From assembly GCA_040954595.2 (NCBI GenBank), contig CM082576.2:7195129-7259128 (forward strand): 64,000 nt of DNA, read 5' to 3'. Shown one piece after another: positions 54,301 through 64,000 of this stretch. The translations under genes were made by a program, and so were the position numbers. Numbering within the stretch: the stretch's first letter is position 1; each line of letters starts with the position of its first letter. The notes beneath the pieces are model-generated. The model was not told the DNA's origin. It saw only the letters and a list, made by a program, of their open reading frames with translations, and did not search any database. Source of the stretch: Balanoglossus misakiensis. Lineage: Eukaryota > Animalia > Hemichordata.

Positions 54301-57300
54301 CATTCCATCCGATGCATTCAGCATTAACTCAGTTCAATTTTCTTTATCACTATATTAAAGATAAATGAATTGTGCCCACCATTATCAAGACAAGCCAAAC
54401 TTATATACGTGCGGCGATAAAACATGAAAGCTACCTTCACAAATGCAGTGTACCTTTGACATTTACGGCTGCTTTATGGATAAAGGTGAAAGCTGAAAAT
54501 AATTTGTCCATGATTTATTCTGTTCTGGAGGTAAAAACACCAAATCATTGCTGGTCTAGATTTTATTCCGAGTATGGTAATGGAAGCCTTTTAGGAAGAG
54601 TATTTGCCCAAGCTAATATGTACAGAGACTGGCAGAATCAATATATTCAATGCAGCGCAGCAGAGAACCCTGTACAAATGTCACAGGTAAAATGCATAAT
54701 GCGGGATTTCGATACAATAAACAGTGTAGGAAAGATCGCCGGCCAAGTCATGAATATTTGCTTGTGCTGCTGAAAGTCACGACTTGTGTTTCGATCCCTC
54801 TACTGACAGGATAAATCCACAGAAGATTAGAGCTGATACCCCAGTTCCCCAAATTCACTTTGTCACGGCACTGTGCAGAATACCAAAACCTGGGAAATCT
54901 ACTTCAACCCTTTAACGACCGTAAAGTCACCCTGAAACAGGCCTCTCCTAAATAACGTATCAGCTGCATGTAGTCACGCTACATCCACACCGAGAAACAG
55001 AAATGGCAGCTTAGTTTAGGACGGACTGGACACAGACTGGTACACTGATCAGGTTTACCTGTAAGTTATTTACACAGCTGTTCAAGCGCCATATTTTCAG
55101 AGCGGGAGACTGGATAGGAACTCGCGGCCAAATGCTCAATTGTGCACTTTAAAACATGATGTATGCATGAATGCATCACTGCAGTATCTCAGCCAGCAAT
55201 CTTTCACTGTTGATCCGTCTGCTCATCTCGCTGACAAAAATCGATTCCTCCCACAGCCGGAGATAATCAATCCGAGATAAACGTTCCCAAACACCTTTCC
55301 TTATCCTCTCCTATGTGCAGCTTAAGCTCATGTTTTTCCTAATTCAAATGTATGGTCAAAACCTCTTCTTTCCACTCAGGAAATATTTTCATGTCTAGTT
55401 TTGTTGCAGTGAAGTCAAAGCTTGAAGTTGAGGACTTACTTTCTAGCATTCAAGTAAATGGAATTATTTTCAAGATTCTGTGTTAACATAATTCTCCAGG
55501 AGGCCCCAATCATGCTCTCCTGGGAAAGAGATGATAAATAATATCAACTGCCTGTGGCTTTCTATAGTTTCACATAACAAACATTTACATTCATATTTTC
55601 AATATGATCCAGCAGATTTCAGTCAGATTAACAAATATTACTCCCACGTGAATCCAACTTAGATTAGAATGAAAAGGCTGCAACTTGGCCCCCCTTAAAC
55701 AACAAAGTGATGCGTCCCTTGGCAGACCACCAGCTTCACCAGCAGGCACTGTATTCATGGCTGGGTCATTTACACTGAATTAGTCACGAAATGACGTCGC
55801 ATCATCACTCTGTCATCAGTTACCTAGGCACACAAAATTTCTCTGGCACCGAATAACACAACTCATCAGACTGTCTCAAGTAGACCCATAAACATGTAGC
55901 CCCTAGATTCCACAAATGTACAGTCATCACAGTTGCACGCAAGGGAGCTTTCAAGAGTAAATGAAGGGGTGGGCTGCAGGAGCCAAATTTGACACACCTG
56001 AGGCTGTCCCCAGAGGGTGAGTGACGCTTTATAAATCTGTCCTGGGGGAGATGTCAAATTCCATCTTGTATTTTGTAAAATACTCAAAAATGACATCTTT
56101 GCTGCTCAAACTGGTTGTTGCATAAGACTCAATCAAGAATGTCTAGACCACTGCCGTAGACTTTTGTGTAGACGTTCAAGGGACACAATTGAAAAGGCTG
56201 ACAGCCACTCCAAGTTCAACTACTCAAGACTTGAGGGATGATTTCATCATGCCATGGTGACAATTCATCTGACAGTTGCAGTTCTGAATTTACATTTCAT
56301 GAGAAAAACTGTTTCGCATTTATTGTCTTTTTCACAAAAGCGGGGTAAGGAAGGAAAGGCAGGCATACATGCATTAACTGAAATTATAGCCGTTTTCATA
56401 TTCAGATAATGACAAAAAGATAAATCATTATGGATCACTGATTGGCTTCAGTACATGTATGCCTGATTAATTTATTCCGTTGCTTTGTGGCTATCTGACC
56501 TCTCTGTCTTCATGAGACACTGGGCATTATGCATGGCATTCACAATCAATGTTACCTTTCATTTATTAATAATAATAATATCAATCAATTTCCGACGTAA
56601 ATCAAAAGATCCGGCATTTGAGAATATACAGTTGCTATGGAAATTATTACTTACTGGAGTTCTTTCCAATAATGTTTTGTTTGGGTGGCCTTGTGATCAA
56701 AGCGGTAATACTGACATAGAATGATAGTGAAAAAAAATTTCTGACCTTTTGGACAGACAAACTGTTCTCACAATATGACATCTACAATGTATATTTTTCT
56801 GGAGTCGCTGAAGCAGTCAAAAATTTGAATAGGGTTAAAAAGCTGGAATGAATAGAAAGGATTAATGAAGTGTCACAGATGAATCTATCATGAACCGTTT
56901 ACTTCACCTGCTTTTCAGTGATCAACAGGAGCACATCAAATGATTTTTACGTCGGTGTTGGAGGCAACATATGTATTCACTTCCAATTAAGGCGTCATCC
57001 TGCTTATTGCTCAGACCCATTTTGATGAGTTGCACTGAAATTGTATGGACAGTTTTTTACCCAGCAAAATAAACCCTGCGATCATTTGTTCCTATGGGTA
57101 CATGTACTTGTGTTGCATTACCGCTGCACCCTCCATACGGAGCGACTCTGCCATCTTTGAATTGCCATGGCAACCACCAGTTTGGTGCCAAATGGTTTCT
57201 ACTCTGCTCATGGAGCAACGCACATTTTTGAATTATGACTGATAAAAGCATGATTGTACAAATGATAAATGGCAAAGCTGGTTAAGAAGTACGATATCAT

Positions 57301-58159
57301 AAAATTTCCCCTTACATGTAGCTGGTAGTAGGCTGTAGATTTGATGCCATGAGCTGATAGCGATAAAATGCCTCTCTAACGAGAAAGTGCCAGTTCAATT
57401 ATTCCAATCTATTTTTAAATTTTTTAATATAATTGCTTTTAGATTTGCAGAGTTTGAAAGAAAAAACACCCACTTAAATCTCCCTATCAATGCGCATGGG
57501 TAAATGTGTCAGTATATTGTTTTAATCTGCACCACCACACATGGCATATTATTTCCAACCTTGTCACAGCAACGCATGTTTTGGTTTTACATCGTACTAA
57601 TTGTGACTTGTTTGATATTACCCGGTAAAAATAAAATTCAAAAATACTTAAAATTGACAAACACCATGTTTTTTATCTGGTTATTTCAGGTATAAACCAA
57701 GAATACAACAGAAGCAGAAAATCACATTTCATGCACGTAAATTGTATTCTATTTGATATTACAGAGATTGACTGAGGACTGCTTCGTGACATCGAGATAT
57801 TGAAATACTACCACTGCTCGCGCTGAAAAGAGAGTCTGGCAGATCTCTAGGAGAATGGCCTTTGTGCTAGTACAACAACTTGTATCTTACTTTAGTATTG
57901 TAACTGTGGTAAGATATCCTTAGGACTTGGATACCAAGATGACGGCATCAAACGATGCACAGTCTTGTTAACTTATATGCGCACTTCAACCCTCAGGCAA
58001 CAGAGACTCGCACTCCTAACAAGCAAATCAAACAACATTATGGTTGTCAACTTCTGCACGAGCAAAGAGTAGCAGAAAACATTTTTAGAAACACTTTGAA
58101 AATCTGCTTCCTTTATATTTTTAACACAAGTGTTTTTCTCCTTTCAAATCGATCTCGTT

Positions 58160-58260
58160 GGTTATTTTTACACACAGTTACATATTGGCAGGAATAAAAT
58201 TTGCAATCTCCTTCAACGGTTATTTTTATACACAGTTACATATTGCAAGAATAAAATTTG
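58160..58260. repeat. Diverged 2-copy ~58-bp tandem repeat
   Basis: GGTTATTTTTA(C/T)ACACAGTTACATATTG..A(G/A)GAATAAAATTTG twice. Confidence 0.85.
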
Positions 58261-61200
58261 AACAGCTGGTTTTCTCTGTCTCTCTCCCTTTTCGTTTAAT
58301 ATTTATAACGCCAAAATACTGTACATTAAATGTTCAGCTAAATCCAATTTGGGGAAAATGTCATAATGGTTAGGAATAATACGCAAAATGTATTATGAGA
58401 CAGCTTGTCACTGGAGTGATGAAATAACATTCAAGCAAACTGTCAACAATGCCACTGGGCACACAGAAGACGATGCATTCCAAGAATGTCACTTATTTGG
58501 AGAATGGACTTTGAAGTTATTTTGAAACCGGACTCTGTGCTGCAGGATCATGTTGCTTCTTCACATGCTGACTGGTATTGTTCTGAACAACTAACCACTT
58601 GCATTCCTTGGAGGTCTGGTGACACCAGCTCTGATTTTGAAAACGAGAAACCTGGAGTAGTCTTGCCAACTATGAAAGTCTAGAGCTATGATGATATGTC
58701 TTGCACAGTGCATGCATTTCTGGAAGCTGCAGTGATCTATAATTATTTATAGGAAACAATGAAATAGCATATAGGAAACCCATGGCCATGATTAACATCT
58801 CTCCATCACTGTCATTTCTTATTGAATTATTTCCCATTACCTTAAACCGAGTGATTGAAATCTGCCAGCCAGGCACATCACCAAACATATCTGGCCAACA
58901 CATCACACAACCAGAAATAGCAATTACAGTCTGCTATCTCCTCAGAAATGAAAAAAATATCAATAACTCTCGCTAGATAATTTAAGGAAGCAAAACATGA
59001 AATGTATTGATCAGTGTCGACAATGCATTCCCAGGACTTCATGCAAACTGATTTGCAACGAAGTAACTGCAATCCATTTCTCTGGATTCAAAGTACATGT
59101 AGCATTGGCAACAAATTGATTTTTAACAAGGAAACTGCATTTCACTTTCGAACCAGGAAGCCTTACTTTCATGTATATTTTTATGTACAGTATGCATAAT
59201 TGGCTTGAAGTATAATCTTACACTCCTAAGTCTTCAAACTCTTTGGGAGACGACACAAACTACTGAAGGGTAAAAAAATGACTGGATTTTGGCAGTGGTA
59301 TAAAAACCAGGCAGTGGATTCATGATTTATGCAGACCCGTGACTTTGCACTATGGCTTCTAATCACCTGTGAATATGATACTGCTGATGACATATACTGA
59401 ATCACTGAACCTTCAAAGGGTCACCATCCATTTTCATGAGTCCCAGTCAGCAAATGCTTCACTTCGTACAAGGAACCGTGTCCAGGCAACACACATTGTA
59501 CATTGTATGTAATGTGGAACTGTGTCATCCAGTTGATATATCCTGCCTTTCCAATTTCTCAGACAGTAAGTCACAAATCTTAAATCCATATTCCACGCTT
59601 TCTTACAGTCTTCAAACATACTACTTAAATACAGCTAGCCACTGAAGTAATCTCTCAAAGATTACAAAGCAGATTTTCATTTGCCGGGCCTACGTGCTTC
59701 TGACTTCAACCCTGTGCCACACCTAGTCTTCTCACAATTCTCCACCCTCATCAATTCTCCCACGATGGCTAATTTAATACAAGCCATGTGCATCTTCTAA
59801 CATATTCACCACTCGGCCGGTGCTGTCTAGTTCTCACCTGAGTAAATGCATTGTCAGTTGAGAACGGATGTAATTAGTAGGGTTCTTTCCAGCAAAATGC
59901 CACTGAGGTCACACCAGAAAAAAAAATACACTCAATCTGGGTTCTGTTTAAATTCAAAATATTACTCGTGAAATGCAGTCAGCAAGAAATTGGATCAAAA
60001 TTCAATACAGGAGACACAAAAGATTCGACTATGCGCTATGATCCAGCATTTGATAAGCTGTATGGTGACAGATACCTGGGAAGTCCCTCACTTCATTTTT
60101 CTAACAAGTACCAAGAATAAGTGATAACACAAGAGATATGTATTTCCATTGGTGGAGGGGTTGGATTGATGGAAAGGTCCCTGCCATGAATGTTTTCACT
60201 TGTAGCAAACACAAAAAAAACACGCAAATTTAGTAATACCTGTATGACTCCCTATGATAAACAGCGCTAGAATAAATCAATTCTGGACGATTCCCAGAGG
60301 CATTCAATTTGCATTATGTATCAATGTATGTTACCTTAAAAGTGTTGTCAATTTATGAAATTATTTTTTTCAGGCTTTTAATCTTCTCTTGTGCTTTGGA
60401 AGATTGAGCACAATTGGAAAAAAAATCCTAAATTTGAAGTGAGACAATACTGTGGCGCCGACTTTTACGGCCAAGTGAGAACAAGTGATGTATTATTTAG
60501 CCGGTTTTACAGTACCTGGCATGCCATCAAATTGTCTTCAGCTGGTGGAAAGCCTTTTCACAAGACAAATCATTCTGACAGTGGAAGATGTATCATTCTC
60601 CTGAGCTGAACAGAAGTGGCAGTATTTCACGACCCCGAATTTCATAAATTTATCAGATTTACAGCGGTGCACCCCCCTCCCTCTCTCTCTCTCTCTGCCA
60701 GGGGCTGCTTCTACTACTACAGGTTGGGCCATTAAGTGAGGTTATAAATCATTTGATAATTGGAAAATGGAGGGAGACTAAAACAGAGCGAGGGCAGCTG
60801 GGCCAGTCGCATCCACTGTAACTATAGAAAGCAATTTCATCACAAATGTGTTGGCTTGACCTCGGGAAGACAGTTGTACTAGAGGCGAATCTTAGTTGCT
60901 AGGCAACAGGAGCCTGGTAGAATATACACTGGCAGTAAACGGCTAACAACATCCACTCTTTCTAAACCAGCTGACTCGAGATCACTTGACACACACAGAA
61001 CCGTTATTCCCCCGACAATTGTTGACAAAACAGAAATGGTTAAAGGTTAACCCCATGCTTTTGAATGTTTCACAAAGCTCCTAAGATTTAGTCTTAAATT
61101 AAGAGTGTTTTCAAATGGGGATTGAAAGTCCTGCTTGTAGTGATAATGTCTTGTGTTTTGTTTGCACAGAAGCAAGTTGCACTTACTGCTACAGTAGCTG

Positions 61201-62694
61201 TGCTTCCACACAATAAAACCAACTCCAATTTTCTGTGACAGTCCTTGCCAGCAGAGATCAGCAACTGGATACTTAGTATAACTTAAGGCTGCAGCATGTG
61301 GAATTTGATTTTACAGTTCCAAGCCCAAGTATGTCATTAAGACACTAATTCAATATTGTGAAAAATATGACTGTGTTTTGTTATTTCTTTAATTGTGATC
61401 TTTGACAATATTCTAGATGAAACTCTCCAAATGGGAATCTGCAGGACACTGAAATTTTGTATGTCAGTGACACTATACCATGACTCAATAATCTACCTGT
61501 GTGGTGCACATGGTTGTACCCATTACAATGTATCCGTCCAGGTCCATGCAAGACCAGTGCATTGCTGAATGCACCAATTATGTGATCACCTGTTGCCTTG
61601 ACGATGAACAACAAAGGGTGTCATCATTTGTAAATGCTGGTTGTAACAGAATATATATCAATTGACTTGATTGACAGGAAGAGGGACACCTGAAGTATCA
61701 AAGCCTTGAAATGCATGCATGCAAAGTGTTTCTGCCTTCTCAGGAAACGAATCTTGTCCAAGTGTCTAAATTGGCTATTCAGTGTTTGATACAACATTTG
61801 ATGTTATTTTTGCATTTAGGATTTCCACCTCAGGTCAATCATTCAATTCAGCTACGTTTGTAGTTATCCCAGGGCGATGAATCCTTTCCTGGTTGTGTTT
61901 CCAGCTGTAAAAGCTGGATCAAAAACCTTGACTATATCGCATTAATGGTCCTTTTAAAAGTAGGGTTTTTCAATTTCTATTGTGTCTCTTCATTTCATAT
62001 TGCTCAACTCTCCGGCGGCAATGATTTATGAGAGTGATTTAATCCACTAGAACCATGCGAAACTTAGTGTGCGAGTTCACTATTCCATATGGATTATGGT
62101 CATATTTCATATACAATGGCAAAGGGATTTCATTTCCTTTACTCAGCAAAAAAAAAAATTGACAGCCATCATGAATGAGAGTTAGTGATTTATTCATAAA
62201 GTGTACTGGACATGATTCACTTGAACTCTCAGCTTGAACCACAAATTCCATGCTGACTTTGAACACAAGTGGCACATGGGATTCTGACAGGCAAGTGAAT
62301 GATGTTTCCCCTGCAGTGACAAAAACCTGTCAATGACTTCATCTGCCACTGTGGATTGTCAGGAAAACTTGCCCAACCAACACAGCGTGTGAGGATACTA
62401 CCTGTTGATATCACTAGTACCACATATTGGGTAAACAGTGACAATTCTGACGAGAAAATACAGTGACCAATGCTTCAGCAGTCAATTTTGTAATAGGGTA
62501 TTTTCCAAATATGTTGAATATGTATTCATACCTCAATGATTAAAAGGTACTTTGTACATCTTGAATGAAGAAAATATGTTACAGCTGCATGTGCATAAAA
62601 AACACTGATATCTGATTTTTATCACTTCATATACATGTACGTGTACCAACAGAATTAACTATTCATGACATTTATGTTCATGTACTGATGTGTG

Positions 62695-62781
62695 TGTTAC
62701 ACCTGATTCAATACATGGTCCCTTAAAACTCAATTTTATTTGTTACACCTGATTCGAAGCATGATCCCTCAAAACTCATTT
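62695..62781. repeat. Diverged 2-copy ~46-bp tandem repeat
   Basis: TGTTACACCTGATTC....CATG.TCCCT.AAAACTCA twice. Confidence 0.8.
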
Positions 62782-64000
62782 GCAACCAACCAAATGATAT
62801 TTAAAAACACAAACCATACAAATGCCGAATCAATGGACCTCATTTCATTTCATTTCCTTTGTAAAGGGTTAGTCAACGTAATCATGTTTCTGTTGTATAG
62901 TGTCATGGATTTGATTGTACAAACTTCTCCCTTTTGTGGGCATACACAGTCCACAGCTGTCAATTATGATTCAATGATGTTCACAAGATAAACCTACACA
63001 GAAGTCACTGGCTGCAATTGACAAACCTCATGTAATTATTATAGCCTAGGCCCTGGTGTACATGTGCATCTGAGTTACTGTAATTTAATATTACTGTCCA
63101 GGATAAACTGTTGGTATGAAAATTATTCAAATTTGTATCTAGAGTCAATTTTATGTCGGTTTATAGCACATCCCCAGTGTTTCAGTAACTGAAACCTCAA
63201 CAACACATTGTACCTGTCTGAAAGATATCATTCCCTCACCTCCTGTTTTATATTTTAGGAAGAGATAATCATGTGAGCATTTTGCTGAAGGAGAATTAAG
63301 AGATAACAGACCCAATCGCAACATCCTCAAACTGAACGTGCTCAATATTTTGATGCTACATGAATTCATTCAATTCTAACCAATGGTTCAGTCACAAAAC
63401 CAGGCAAAACTCAAATCAACATTATCTCAGTTTCATACATGTAGCTTGAAATTGAAATAATACATCTGTACTGTACGTTTATTTTCAAGTCTCAAATAAA
63501 ATGCCACTGATTTGCAAGAGCTATTATGCTTTGAACCAGATGTATTTATCCGTTTGCAATTTATGCAGCTGAACCATGTGCTATTACATATCCCCCTAAT
63601 AATACTACCACTTCAGGCAAAAAATTGACTGAAATTGCCTTAAACACACACACAAAATTGCTTCACAGGAGCAGTGGTCCCCATGTAATGTGCAGCTGTT
63701 CAACTATTGTCTGCATTGGTGTAATGCTACAGAACTGTCTTTTGAAAAACTGTATCACCATTGAAGACAATTATACCATCATTGAAGAAAATCATATCAT
63801 CATCAATAATATAATACCATGCATCACCCATCTGTATGTATTTAATTCTTATTTACATGCAGCAGACAGCTGTTTAAAAATGCTTCCAATGGCTGTACCA
63901 CAATCATATCCACAAACATACAACCAATGCTATTCTACAAAATTTTCTCAGTCAAGGATGTTGACATCAAAGTTGGTTATTTCTTACTTTGTAAGGTTTC

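Larger units (their letters stand above)
51367..64000 (-). other. PPP3R1: Large calcineurin B intron running off the window
   Basis: No EF1/EF2-coding exon (..LDLDNSG..DTDGNGEVDFK) was found by eye; CpG depletion and strand skew continue to the window end. Confidence 0.7.

Noticed and set aside
58670-58906. Minus-strand ORF with 'RFK|gt' and 'DSDGE' as the missing CnB EF1/EF2 exon
   Set aside because: No real similarity to the highly conserved CnB sequence.

Overview
Eukaryotic, intron-rich animal genomic DNA, probably an invertebrate bilaterian (species cannot be assigned from sequence). Most ORF-track entries are spurious because the real genes are spliced. The window holds three genes. 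(1) Bestrophin paralog A, a Ca2+-activated anion channel family member, on + with confident exons from 9022 to 14374 and a candidate first coding exon ending at 4019. (2) Tandem bestrophin paralog B on +, with identical intron positions and phases, confident exons from 32839 to 41220 and a candidate first exon at 22428-22463. (3) The 3' half of a calcineurin B (PPP3R1/CanB) gene on -, convergent with paralog B; its 5' exons lie beyond 64000, after a >12.6 kb intron. The most striking observation is that the 60-nt calcineurin B exon for the EF2 exit helix and EF2-EF3 linker occurs twice, 180 nt apart. Both copies have intact splice sites and differ at 9 synonymous codons but only 2 conservative residues, the signature of mutually exclusive exons. 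Other notable points: both bestrophins naturally carry His at the human R218 disease hotspot and have non-canonical N-termini; an AG|GTAAG recursive-splice-like exon start; a C-terminal CxxCH motif; a sharp CpG-depletion boundary near 44 kb; a CpG-preserved structured island in the inferred CnB 3' UTR; many RFX X-boxes and CREs; and several small hairpin/MITE-like elements and microsatellites.
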